Origin: Pelomyxa schiedti | Lineage: Eukaryota > Protista > Evosea | Direction of reading: 5' to 3' | Assembly (NCBI GenBank): GCA_020536535.1 | Contig: JAHLWZ010000301.1 | Coordinates: forward strand, 10,028 to 74,027 | DNA: 64,000 nucleotides | Shown here: positions 1 through 12,839 of the stretch, piece by piece | Position numbering within the stretch: the stretch's first letter is position 1 | How the letters are laid out: every line of letters begins with the position of its first letter | The notes under the pieces: generated by a model | Databases searched by the model: none | What the model was told of the DNA's origin: nothing | What the model saw: only the letters and a program-made list of their open reading frames with translations | Program-made: the position numbers and the translations under genes

Positions 1-294
1 AAGTGTCACCTCGCGATCGCCCAAGCATTTCCGGTGTTCTGCTAACCAACCAAACCCATAATTACTTCTGTGGCGCCTGATGGGAGGAGTTTTTTACCGG
101 TCCTTTCTGGAAGTCCTCAGAAGGTCCTGTGATGATAAAACGAGGCATTTGTCTGATAGACATCATGACGAGCCATCGTATTCTTACCTGAGTTTTTTTT
201 TGTTTATCCTTCACTTCTCCAACAAAAAATTCGTCAAAGACTTCATGGTATCAACGGAACTAACTTAGCAAACCACAGCAACAAAAAAACCCAA

Positions 295-1482
295 TGGATA
301 GTGCTGCAGAATTTCTTGCTTCAGCGGATCGAATTTTGTTTACAGCAGGGGCTGGAATGTCCATTCCTTGTGACCCCGGTTTCTTACCTTTTTAAGTATT
401 GCTAAAGCACTTTGTCTCTTCTGACCTATAGCTCCAATTCAGTGGCAAGGAGAGCATTCCTGGAAAAGTGGCCTGGATTTGCCACTCCTCTTCCATTGGA
501 CGACATCACAGACCACTGGTAAGTGCTTATTCACAGAGTCTGTTTCTTAAATGATTAATTTATATTAATTGACTACACTGCATTCACAGTTTCATTTCCT
601 TATCTGACCCTAACCAGGAGGTACATAAACCTTTTCTTCTACGTTCATCGTTATGTGGTGCAGCCACAGCCAGGTGACCCCTACACCACAAGCCTCGCCC
701 TTCTGACAGCTCTCAACACAAACTACTTTGTGATGACTTCCAACGGGGATGCCATGTTTGCTCGCTCTGGATTCAACCCAGAGAAGATATATACCCCACA
801 GGGTGACTATGGAACCCTACAGTGTATGAGAGCCTGCACCAGGGAAGTATGGGATGCCAAAGTAGTCTATGAAAACCTACAAGCACAACTCAATCCGGTC
901 ACTCTGGCCTACAATGACCCGGCCACAGGAATCAACTATCTGCCGAAGTGCTCGCACTGCGGAGGCTTAGCCACAATGAACGGCCGCGGAGGATTCTTCC
1001 CATTCGTAGAGGATAAGTACCAGGAACAAGCCAACAAGTGCTTGGCGTGGATGGACGAGGCCGCCAACGTGGCCCGCAACGGCGGCAAAGTGGCAGTCAT
1101 TGAAGTCGGCGTTGGATTCACCTCACCGGGGGTACTCAGGCTTCCCAACGAGTCATTTGTGGCCTCACTGGGGCCTTCTCGCGCCCTACTGATTCGGATC
1201 AACCCGAATTCCTCAGAATGTGGAACTATTCTACCCACAAGATACCCCGGCACCGTAGTTCCTTGTGTGGGACTTGCTCTAGGCGCCGATGTTGCCCTCA
1301 AAGAACTGTTCAGCCTTACCATGCAAAAGAGGAACAACAGCGGGATTGTACCGAGGTGCATTGCTTCTTCAGGTTGTGAACCAGAGACAGAGGAGGCAGC
1401 AAGGGCAAGGATGTCCTTTGTGCCTGGTCACTTGGGGTGGAGGAAAATGATTGTTTATTTGGGGGTAAATGGTGGTGCCTGA
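295..1482 (+). CDS. Class M sirtuin (SirTM-like NAD-dependent ADP-ribosyltransferase); 5' exon structure unresolved
   Basis: ATG at 295 gives MDSAAEFLASADRILFTAGAG(M/I)S. The main exon carries YFVMTSNGDAMFARSGF, TPQGDYGTLQCMRAC (Gln-Gly where deacylases have His-Gly), CSHC and VIEVGVGFTSPGVLRLPNE, all typical of class M sirtuins. Confidence 0.8.
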
Positions 1483-1596
1483 TGGGTGGTTGGATCAATT
1501 TTCTGGGTTCAAAAAAAAACTTATGTTTGCCTCTTTTTTTTTTCTTTGTTTTTTTTTAAAGTAGTTCACAGACAGTTGATGAGGAAATGCCTCAGC

Positions 1597-3685
1597 TCAT
1601 GTAAGAATGTGTTCCGCGAGTGGGGTGGTGATCCCAGCATGACTTATTTCTCCTAGTTTAGTGTTACTGAAGGTGTTGTATGCTGGGTGAAGGTGTGTAC
1701 AAGTAGAGGCATCTCCCAATAAGGTAGGCAACAAGTGAAGCAAATGAGGCAGCTTCGAGAACCACTAGTATAGGGCCAAATATATCACGAGATATAACAA
1801 GCCAGTTGGTTGTAAGTGCGAAGAGCAAAGTACAGCAGGCAGCGGAAATGAATGTGACAGTAATAACATTACCTAGTGGGGTTTGAGGAGACTTCACATG
1901 AACGCCGACATACGACGATGGTGATACGGAAGGAGCTCATTTACAAGTTTGTTTACCAGTGGAAAAATCATTGTATTGGACGAGTAGAATAGGAAAAAGG
2001 TAATCACTTGTATCCAGTTGTAAGAGCGGCTCAGTGAAATCCCAGTCCAAATTGGGCCAGCAAAGATAAAATAGATTAAAAACGGAACAGTGCCAGTCCT
2101 ATAAGAGGTTAGGAAAAATTGGAAAAAGAGAGCTCACCGCGGAATTAGCAAAAATATGTAGTGAACAATAAAGGAAAACGGTGCCATTATTGCAGCTACG
2201 GCCAAGATCTCGTTGGCTAGATGCAAGTCTCCATTTGTTTCCCACTAGACCAAGGTCACCCCTTAGTAATTGAAAGAACTCTGACCTGAATGAGCTCATA
2301 TTGAACAGCAATATAAAACTGGCTCTGTGTTTGTACACAGCATACAAATAACACTCTTACGGCTGTGAGAAGCCAGAAATTACAGATACAACTTACAGAA
2401 GAAAGACAAGAAAATACTGGATTTCTGTGAGTTTGCTGGGCTCCACATCGATATCCACTGACAATAGGTTACTTAGTGACAAGGTGAAAAAGAATACATT
2501 GGGTGTATGTCTGGCTGTCCTGGGGTGTTACAGGAGGTGGTCTGGGCATGGAGAAAAATGTGAACAGGATCATGTATATCAACAATACAACTGCCACCAA
2601 GGAGTATAAAATAGCCAATCCAATTGATGCATTGGTAAACGTGATGGCAATGAACCAAGACACACTGTAAAAATTAAAAGAAGAAAGAGAAATAGGAAAT
2701 AAACCAGGATCCTGCATCCAAGAGAGCATTTGTAGTTGCTGTAACAAAATTGGTAGTGAAAAACCAATGGCCCTTTTTCACTGGTTTGACATAAAAGAGA
2801 AAAAATTAAAAGTACAATTGAGTACGTATTGCAAAGTTCCGTTGTATATGTGTGACAGACAAGGCGCATAGCTGTTGAGGCCAAGCAGAGCTTGTACATG
2901 TTAAGAAATATGTGATTCGTACGTGAAAGCTTACAATTGGATACGATATGATGAGGACTGCAAACTGGGCTCCCCATTTAACATCTACACCTGCAACAAT
3001 CCCATAACTTTTTTTTTCCCAAAAGAGGTGTTAGATTATGCTTGAATAGTAACACCCCACAACATACCTACATTGCCAACAGAGGAACACAAAGGCAGCA
3101 CAGGCCAGAGACAAATTTCCTGCCTTTCTTTTTTATCAGAAGTACCAACGGCATTCCAAAAAGGCCACGGAATATTGGTCCCGTGAGATAGACAACGTTG
3201 AGTAATAAAACTTGTTGGTTACAGTTGACTTCAAAAGACGCGTCCTGTACCACTGAATTAACCTTCGGAAAAGAAACCTCGTAATAGAATACAGATTGAG
3301 ACTCAGGGTTGCACAATCCTGCAAACGTTCCTCCATAAATAAAAAGTGGCTTCAGAGCAGCGTAGTTACTCAAGCAACCAGAAAACAGAAGTGCTACCAC
3401 AGTGGCGCAAAACCACCTGTTTTACAATAGTCAGGTTGGACCAACACATTTGTAAGAGTCCTACCTTGTGGTGACGCCGAATCTGTATTTATTCACTTCG
3501 CTGGCTGTCGGGCCAATTCCCAACAACAAGCGTTGCTCCTGCTCGCACGGCACGTGCTCCTCAATCGGCAACGTTTCACAAGAAACGAGAGATCTGGATG
3601 GAGGTGCCCCGCTTACACTCGGTGTAGAAGACGCCACACTTGTCGTCTCCATCATAGTGAATGAACCACTCAATGTACCGCTCAT
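1597..3685 (-). CDS. MFS transporter, SLC43/LAT3/Fmp42-like (multi-exon)
   Basis: Many hydrophobic exons. TM1-loop motif LLFSGCLSNYAALKPLFIYGGTFAGLC...CNQQVLLLNVVY resembles the SLC43/Fmp42 family. Confidence 0.6.
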
Positions 3686-3900
3686 GTTCGCTGTACGTCA
3701 AGATCCGGCCGGCAGTCGTTTAAAATGGACGTGTTCGTAGTGTCGCACAACACCGTAAAAATTTTGGTAATTACACGAAGCTCTGTTGCTTTGATTTGGG
3801 AGAAGTTTCGGAATGAGAGATTTTGGTGGAAAAGAAACAAAGGAAAAATGGCGGAAAAGTTGCAAATCGCTCTGCTTTGAAGGAAAAGCACCAGGGTCCA

Positions 3901-5862
3901 TCAGGTCCGCCGCTTTTTGGGCCCTGGTTCTGTGGCTTGGTCTTCTTTGTCAGTGGGTGGGTGAATTCTATCATCACCGGTGAGGGTAGTTTGCGAGGGG
4001 TTACTGTTGCTGGTGGTTGAGGTATTGTGGGTGTTGTTACTATTGTTGCAGGTACTTTGGTTTTTGGGTGGCTGTGTTTGCTGCTGTGTGGCTGAGGTAC
4101 TGCTTTCGGCCGGCTTATCACTGGGTGATGATGGTGATGGTGATGGTTTGGCTGGTGCGGATTGTTGAGTGTTTGTGTTGCTGTTTTCTGAGTTTGGTGT
4201 GGAGGTGTCATTTGTTGGTTCTGCTGTTGCGTTATTGGTGGTGTCAGAAGTTTTTGTGGCACTCTCTGGTTTGGCTTTGTTGGCATTATCTGTGGTGGTG
4301 CCACTGGAATTATCTGCATTAGTTTTGTCTGTTGTTGCCGGCTGCGCTTCTTCGGAGGTTTGGGGTGATGAAGTTGATAATGTAGGTTGTTTTACAGGTA
4401 AGGTTTGAGGTGCAGGGGCTGATGGGGGGGAAGGCGGTAGCGGGGGTGGTGGTGCCTCCCGTGCCGGAGTAACTGGCGGTTGTGGTGTGTTGGCGGGGGG
4501 TGGAGGTGGCGGTGGCGGTGGGGGTTGTACCATGTATTCTGAGCCTGTTTTGAAGTGGGGGTAAAAGAAAAAAAAAAAAAAAAAAAAAAAAAAGGAAAGA
4601 TGAGGGTTTGAAGGGAAAAGGGTGAAATACTTGGTGGTTGTGCGTATTGCTCTGAAGCCATCATGTACTGCTGTTGCATAAGCATTTGTTGGTACTGAAC
4701 TGCAAAGATTGTTAATGTTGACATATATTTCAAAGTAGTACATACTGGGATCATATGGGTATGAAACCATTCCTCCACTCATGGCCATTTGCGGGTCAAT
4801 GGACCCTGGTTGCTAAAAGCAAAGGGTGTAAGGGTAAATATAGGATGGGTGAAGAACTACCATTAATTGATAATCGGCACCATAGTATGGCTGCAAATTT
4901 GCGTTAAGGAAATCCCTGGATCAGTTTTACGTGGGAAAAAAAATAGTAAAACGGTTTCACTGTACAGTGGCAGTTACATGTAGACACAAAATGTACCGTG
5001 TTCGGTTATTATTGATCTTGACAGTCAAATCGGTAAGATGAGAAAATTGCACATCAAGAGTGAACTGACCAAGTGTTTCTCCTGCATAGAAAGTATAACT
5101 TGTAAACATGGTTTTGGCCTGCTTGGCACCCTCCACCATGAAGTACTGCACCAAAGCTTGGACCCCCACTTGAAGAAGAAGACGTTTTAACAGTAAAAAA
5201 AATTGGTGTGTGTAAACCTGCTTCTTTGTTCATGATAACTATCTTATGTATTTGTCCATACTGTGAAAAAAGCTGGTACACAAAATCGACGTTGATGAGG
5301 GTAAGCATAGCTTCCCCCAATTGTTCGTGAAGAGGGTTATAAAAAGTCACCAGTAAAATTCTGTTGCTGGTGCTTTCTGCAGATAGTTCTCCGTGGATGG
5401 AGAATCCAGCATATACATTACGACCTCTTTACAAAGCAGTTAGCAAAAGCACTACACAATCTTAAAGAAGGGAAAATAAAGGAGGATGAAAGTAACCCAA
5501 GTCTCAGTTGGGACGTTGTGCTATGGCTGACAAAATTGATAGCTGCTGTCAAATCGCGCATTTGCACCATGGCTTGTTTCTTTGCTTTCATCAAAACAAC
5601 TTTCTCCACGGCTCCAAACGGCGTGAAAATAGACAACAACTCTTCCTACAAATTGATTCCGACAAAGTACGGTCAAGGCACATAAAGGGGGAAAAAAAAA
5701 AAAGATGGGGGGAAATTGGGAAAAAACAAACAACAACAAACACCAACAACAACAACAACAACAACAACAAACAACCTGAGTGGTGTCAGTGGGTACGTTG
5801 CGGACATGCACCACGCGAGATGGTGACTTCTCGAACGACACCTGCCCAGCTCGTGACGCCAT
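3901..5862 (-). CDS. Polypyrimidine tract-binding/hnRNP L-like RRM protein with Pro/Thr-rich C-terminal tail
   Basis: SPSRVVHVRNVP, FTPFGAVEKVVLMKAKKQAMVQM, VYQLFSQYGQIHKIVI and TLDVQFSHLTDLTVKINNNRTR match PTB/hnRNP L RRM1-2. The C-terminal PKKRRT is NLS-like. Confidence 0.8.
5726..5774. repeat. (AAC)n microsatellite in first intron of the PTB-like gene
   Basis: The run aacaacaacaaacaccaacaacaacaacaacaacaacaacaaac is seen directly. Confidence 0.85.
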
Positions 5863-6115
5863 CACGCCCTGGAAATTGACTGTTGATTTGATTTGGGTTT
5901 TTTCCGGGAACTCCTCTCCGACTGATCTGCAACGCCCTGAGGCAGTAGGGTGGACGAAGACCCAATGGAAGGGTGCTGGAGCAAACCTCCGAGGCCTAGA
6001 GTACATGGCCTTTTCGGGAGATTACTTTTGCTTTTTGGATTTCGGAACACAAATGAAAAACCAAAAGCAAAAACAAAAAAAACCTCCCGGCTGATATCGA
6101 CACGCACCCGGGCCA

Positions 6116-8903
6116 ATGAGTACCCAAGACGGTAAGATCTCGTCCTCTAACTACGCACTTGTTTCTCTGCAACACGTGCGAGTTGTTGCTGGGTTTTTTT
6201 TTTTCCCTCGTCGACGTGCATCTCGAACAACACCAGCGACATCTAATCTCGTGTTTCCCCAGCCATCGCGAAGGCGCGAGCTCAGTGGGCGCGTGCGCGT
6301 GACCTAGCAGTTGGAGGCGGCGCCGCCGCCACTGCGGCTTCAACGGCGACGCCTTTGTCTCTCCCGCCGGCGGTGCTCACGACCACGGGCACCCCCGGCC
6401 TCAAGAACATGTCCTTCGGCGCCCTGGCCTCGATGGCCGCCGCCCAGCGCGGCCTCGGCCTCGGGCTGCCCGCCGCCACCCCGTCGTCCTCGGCCATCGT
6501 CTCGCTGCCGCCCATGCCCGCGCTCCCCGCGGCGACGCCGGCGTCGTCGGCGCAGCCCGTCGCCCTGCCCGTCTCCATCCCGCTGCCCGCTGCCACTAGC
6601 ACTCCTAGCAGCACCGCCGCGACGCCGCTGGCCCTCCCGCCGCTGCCGGTCATGCCATTGCCGGTCCAGGCGCAGTCGGTGCCCATGCCTGTCCCCATGC
6701 CTGTTGCTGTCCCCGTGGCTACGCCGGCTGCCACTCCTACACCCATTCCCACTCCTCTCCCTGTTAGCCCTACTCCCTCCCCGGCTCCCACTTCAGCTTC
6801 GGCTTCCGCTCCCGCAACTTCGACTCCGACCGGGACTGCCACGACATCCACACCTTTGACTTCATCATTTTCTGGGGGCTTGAGGATGTTCCCAAACCGA
6901 CAACCAACAACTGTACCCACAGGACGGTCGGCACTTACTTTGTCTCGTGTAATACAAGAAACTGCTACAATTGATGTTGTGGAAAAGGAGCGCTATGCTG
7001 CTGATGTTAAAAAGACACTGGTTGTGAAGAACGTTCCTCAGAACGTATCTTCTACTCAGATAGCGGGTTTATTCAATGTCCCTCACGGAATAAGGAGCAT
7101 AAAGTGGTAAGTTTACTTCACACCTGGGCATCAGTTTTAACTTGTGTTGAGGTACGCCAAGGGGAAAGTAAAAAATGCCCTTGTAGAGTTTGTGGAAGCT
7201 GGGGAAGGCCCCCAGGATAAAATTGATAACCTCGTGAATATTGAAGGCAATTGGCTAAGTGTGGAACCGGCCACTATAAGCATTACCCAAGCCCAGCAGC
7301 TTGAGTATGATTACGAACTTAGAAGACAAAGGTTTGCAAGTGCTCTCCCTCATTTCTTTACTAAGGAAAAACCAGGGAAGCACAAACAATTTTGAGGATG
7401 TCTGCATCTTCCACCGGCACAGGGTCTGCTCCTATTCCCGAACCAACTCCTGAAGAAAACGTATATTTACAGACTTGTTACGGCAATTATCAACACAAAT
7501 AACGAAGGAATCTGTTGCGTACTGGAAGGCAAGAGCGTTGGCCGCAGAGGCCTCTGTTGCGGCATTAGAACGTGAGCTTAGTTTGAGAAGACTTGCAGCC
7601 GTTGCTTACAACATCCCTTCAACACCCAATTCACACTTTAGTAGGGTGAAACAGGCCTCAGACAGTCCGCTGTTCATGTACCTCCACAACCCATTCCGAC
7701 TACGGCAACAAAACCGCCTATGTCTACAGAAACTGTTAGCTCTCCCGAAACTGGCACTATCCCATCTCCACAGGCAGACGAATGGTAACACTTCCAACTT
7801 CTCGATTAGTTGGGTATTGAATGAGTTCTCAAGGCGCGAAAAATTCAAGCAGAGAGTTGCCGAAGGTGTCCTGGCTCCTTCACCAGAGGAAGGTGAAACT
7901 GAGACTTACCTTTGCCCAATATGCTTCACGGATGTACCCCTAAATGAACTCTTTGTTTTGGATACCTGCTTCCATCGTTATTGCACCCAGGTACGCTGTC
8001 TTACGTCTTCTGCAGTTGTCGTAACACAATTAGTGCATGCAAGAATACTTGACGACAAACATTTTCAGTGGTGTCACACAACTTAAGGTAGCTGCGTTTT
8101 AACTACACGGGATTTAACTTGAGGTAGTGTCCAAATCCTTCGTGCAAAGAAGATGTAACGAGGCAAGAAGTAAAATCTGTGGTGGACAGACGCACTTATG
8201 ATAAATTCGAAGAATTTGAACTTAAGGCCGTATTGAACACTATTCCAAATTTAAGGTATTGTTATTATTCCTAATTAGTGCCTGATTTCACAATAAGGTG
8301 GTGCCCTCAGCCAAATTGCACCAATGCTGTCATAGGTACGCAGGTTTTCCCCATTCTTCCTTATTGAACTCTTGTCTAGTAACTGGAGGGCTTATGGCTC
8401 GGTGTAATAATCTACGTTGCCGGTTCACTTTTTGCATCAAATGCAGAGATGAATGGCACGCTGACATTTCCTGTGAACAGTACCAGAAATGGAAAGGTAT
8501 CAACGACACCGAAAACCATACATCTCTAACAATTTGTGCAGTCGATAACTCCTCGGCCGATTCGCGCTACAAAGATTGGATTAAGGAACATTCAAAGCCT
8601 TGCCCAAGGTGCCAAACACAAATCGAGAAGAATGGTTTGCCACTGTTCCTTTTCCTACTTAATCTCACCGCTATTTAGGTGGATGCAACCACATGTACAA
8701 CAGAACCATTTTGGAAAATGATTTAAAACTCACACTTTATCAACAGGACCTGCAAGCACTGCACCTACGAATTTTGTTGGCTGTGCATGGGCAAAACAGA
8801 CGTATGCAACATTCACACAAATAAACCCTCCTCCTTTCTAACACATGCCTCTCAGAGCAACCATTATTCAACTGGACCTTGTGCTGGCAAACAATTCACT
8901 TGA
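6116..8903 (+). CDS. RBR (RING-IBR-RING, Ariadne-like) E3 ubiquitin ligase with N-terminal low-complexity region and RRM
   Basis: ATG at 6116 splices (6132-6310) in frame to the 6355 ORF. RRM: KTLVVKNVP...NALVEF. RING1: CPICF...CFHRYC. IBR: WCPQPNC...CRFTFCIKCRDEWH. RING2: [31 protein letters not shown]. Confidence 0.85.
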
Positions 8904-9582
8904 AAAAAAGCAAATTGTTACAGATTGGTGGTACAAAACCAAAATATCGCACTCCAAGGAACTTTCAGCGTTTTTTTCCTCCAACACAGCACAAGATCTC
9001 GCAAGATCCAAAGCCCAGCGAACTGATCTGATTTTGAAAGGGGTGCGAAGAACAAGAGATCAGATGTGCGACGTTGGGACTTGATATCAGTGCTTTTCCT
9101 GTTTTTGGCCCTGTAAGAGTAGAAAACTTTCCAGAGTTGAGTGTAATAGTTGGGATCATACAGTGTTGTACACGTAACTTTTTTGAACATTCGGGAAAAG
9201 ACTTCGCCGGGAGTGCATGTTCACAAAACTGCAACTTTTGGTAGACATTTCTTTTAAGAGACCCTTCTAAAAATTAACTTTTCCTCAGAGAAAAAAAAAA
9301 GAGTTGACATACAAACGACACGCGTGCGGGCATTTATCGAAAACAAATAAGAAAAAAACCAGTGTCGACAGTGCACATCTTCGCCGTAAGATCTTAAACC
9401 GATGTCAGCAAGTTGTTTGGGCCGCACACACGACCAAAGGCACCTTAATTTCTTGTTTGAACTTGCCATGTTGCAAAAGGCGTATCACATCGACGCGTCA
9501 GCGGTGCGTTTCCCTTTAAAACCAATGACGGGTTTCCTTGTTGTTCACATTTGACGTACAGGTGCCTGATGCAGAGAGAGAG

Positions 9583-10335
9583 ATGTTACCAGATGAGTTG
9601 ATTTCTCATTTTTCTGAGACCACCCAACTTCTTAACTCGCTGTCTGGATTGTCGCAAAAGCGACCAGGATTGCCCCTTCGACAAGTATGTTTACAAGATT
9701 CTGAATACATTCTTGTGCACTAGTAACCTCTTCTCCAACAGGACATTTTCGGTTCTAACATGCTCCCTGCTGAGAATGAAAGTTCTCCTTGTACATCAAC
9801 CCTTTCGTCTTCGCCCCCAAGTCTGAGTTCGTCTCCCTGCTTACCGCCTGGCTCACCTCTCGGCTCTGCTTTTCCGCCTATGCCAGACATGTTGGGTCCT
9901 TCAACTTCGAGCGCGCCGACCCAGGTTCGGGCTTCATCACCAAGAACGTCTTCTTCTAGAGCACCCTCTGATCAGTCTCCTACCGTCTCTCCAAAAAAAG
10001 GGAGTTCCATCTGTCCAGCAAAACCCAAGCGTGTATGCCCGCCATTTTGTCCAAGGTTACTCCTAACATCCCCCTCAGAGGAAAAGAGCAAAGAACCCTG
10101 TATCTTTCTACTGTCATGTTTGTGGAACCAAAGAAACCAGCGAATGGAGACGCGGGCCTGACAATTGCAAATCGTAATTCCCGAAAAACCCCCGAGTGTT
10201 GCATGATTACTTACCAAGTGCAGGTTGTGCAATGCTTGTGGACTACACTATGCCAAGATTGTCAAAAAGGAGCAGATGATACCGCCCAACCCCAGTGTCA
10301 GCTTCTCCATCCAGACACTTCTCAATCCAGCCTAA
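9583..10335 (+). CDS. GATA zinc-finger transcription factor
   Basis: Spliced frame gives YCHVCGTKETSEWRRGPDNCKSLCNACGLHYAK and ends FSIQTLLNPA*. The start codon is uncertain. Confidence 0.85.
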
Positions 10336-10549
10336 ACAGGGAGTTTGACTGTTGGCTATGGTAGACCCTTCAAGCTCCTGTAGGCATCAACCTATTGCTT
10401 GTGCTGCTTGCAAGTTGGTTTGTCGCCTCCTCGCTGGTGGCATTGTACAATTGGAATTGTATTGAAGTAACAAATAGTTGACAGAAGTTTCGAAAGAACC
10501 AAAACTTATGTTTTTTAAAAGCCACTTTTTTCTTTCAATTTTCTTTGGG

Positions 10550-12839
10550 TCACTCATCCTTGTCCTTTCCTTTGTCAGGGATTGCCGGTTCCAAGGGGGC
10601 TGGTACCTTTTTTGTGTGTGTATTAGGGAAATGTTACAGTAGGCAATACTCGATACTAAGCATACTGTAGTGGTTCTGGTCATGGCGTGTTTTCTAATGA
10701 GCGAGACTATCTTGGGATATACCATGGTTGAGGAGTTGGCGGCCCACAAAAGGTCCATGTGGTTGTATCCTGGAATTTCTTCAAATGCCAGAACGGTGCA
10801 ACCGGCATCATGAAGTTGCCGCTGCAGAGGTTTTATATCCACCAGTGTGTCACGTTGCCCTCCAAACACGGCAATGGGCACTCGGATGTTGTTCAAGCCC
10901 CATCTGGAAAGTGTTAAGGCCGGGAAGGTATTTCAGGAAGCTCACGGTTCTATGGTGTTTACTTTTCTTAGAGGATGGATTGTTCCTTCTTTCAATAGCT
11001 TTAGCCATCCCCATATCAACTTTGCAGAGGTCCGGGCAGGCGAGAAGAGGAAATAGGTCACCTATTGTTAAAAAAAAAAAGTCAAGGTATACTCAGTGAA
11101 TTAATATTTTTTTTTTTATACATATTGGTTTGGATGCCAGGTTTCGGGCTCCCACCCAAAAATGTAGCGTGTAAATACACATCCAAGAAGTGCTGTGAAC
11201 ATTATAGGTGTGTAATCCTGTAATTTGAATAAGATTGGGGCAAATTCTGTTTCGCCCATCATGTCTAGAAGAGACTTGTAAGTGTTTCAGATAATCTTAA
11301 ATAAAAACGTACATCGAACCGTATTAGAGTGTGGAATAAGAAGTTTTTTAAAGAGCCAATGAGTCATAGGGGAGAGGTTGTAAGCTGGGGCAAGAGCAAC
11401 CATCATTGAAACTTCTTCAAGAGGTACCTTCCCGGCCTGGAAGGCAATGAAAGCTTGCGAGGCTCCTGGGAGGAAGTTATTTTGATTTAAGTGTTTGTTC
11501 ATTTCCCAGACCTTGAGAATGGCCCATAACAACAATTTGCTTCTTCGTCACTGTACTTACGTAGTGAACCATTTCCGGGAAATCGTACATTCCCAATTCA
11601 TCCTCGAGAAATGTTTGAATGCAAATTGACAAAAACACAGCTTACCAAGGTGAAATCCCAGAAGCGTGGATCTCGGGATGATAAATGAGTATGCTCCGGA
11701 AAGACCCCGCGACTGTTACCAAGCCAGACATCAAATCCTCTGTCGGCAAGATACCACGCTGGACTGTGAGTAGCATTTGCTACGAAAACTCCTTAGCGGA
11801 TGTTAGTTTTTCATTTTAAAGATATGAGAAGAATAAGGACCCGCATTTTGAAGGACACCATGTTGACAGAAAATAGGGATGAACCCAGGACTATCGAGGT
11901 TCTCTTTCCTTTTAGAAGTGATTAAAGTAAATGATTAGAAGACAAGCTGTAGATAAGGAAAAAACCTGAATATCCTGTATAAAGTCAGGATGTGCCCATC
12001 TGAAGTTGTTACCTTGTGCTGCTCAAAATCCAGACCCAATGCGCGAACGTGATCCACGACATTTTTGGATTTGCACACGGCGTACCCATGGCCCGCTACA
12101 GGCAAGTCCATCAGTCTACTGGTAAACTCCCTCCACCAACCACAAACTGGCATTACTCTACACATCCAATGCGGCCGCCATATCACATATCCACATACCC
12201 AACACAACACACACCAGTAAGCACAGCAGACACAGTGCTACAGTACATACGGGTTGGGAAGAAGGAGCACAGTGCGCGCGCCATCCGGGTCGGCATGGAG
12301 AGCAGCGCCGCCCCCCACGACACGAACGCCAGGCACACCAGCACCAGGATGAGCCCCACCACGCTCCCCATGGACGCGGCCCAGCGCCCGGCCCCCCGCC
12401 ACAGCCGCGCCGCCCACCGCCACGCCTGCACCCCCGCCCGCACGGGCAGCAGCGCCGCCCCCAGCACCTCGCCCACCACCACCGCCACCACCGCCCGCAC
12501 GCTGTGCCTGTGCCCGGCGCAGGGGCCCCGCCCCCCGGCATAGGAAGAGGAAGAGGAAGAGGAAGAGGAAGGAGAGGCCGGAGGCGCCGCCGCCGCCGCG
12601 GGTGCGCTGCTGGTGCTGGGGCCAACCGAGGCCGAGGCTGTGGGTGATGACGAGGAAGACGAGGAGGAGCAGGGGGAGCTGTGTGGTGGTGGTGGGGGGT
12701 GTTGTGAGTGGGTGAAGAAAGAGCATAGGTGGCGAATACTGGGCCATGTGCTGGCGGGGGTTGATTTGGATTTAGTGGGTGGTCGTGGTGACTGGGTAGT
12801 TTCGGAAGAAGCAGCGGTACTCGCGCTGTCACTCGCCAT
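10550..12839 (-). CDS. Acid lipase / sterol esterase (abhydro_lipase family, LIPA/Yeh1-like) with N-terminal TM segment
   Basis: FEQHKVTTSDGHILTLYRI, YLADRGFDVWLGNSRG, FWDFT, GASQAF nucleophile region, PIAVFGGQRDTLVD and YNHMDLLWA. Confidence 0.85.

Noticed and set aside
1-290. ORF 80-268 or a minus-strand gene at the window edge
   Set aside because: No recognisable motif and too little context.
4562-4593. Poly(A) tract as a retroposon tail (also 14522 and 56343)
   Set aside because: On the coding strand these are poly(T) tracts inside introns, with no target-site duplication or element body.
6282-6920. Overlapping alternative-frame and antisense ORFs in the GC island (likewise at 12016-12960, 47069-48411, 62028-62990)
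   Set aside because: High GC and low-complexity coding suppress stop codons, and the peptides carry no domain signal.
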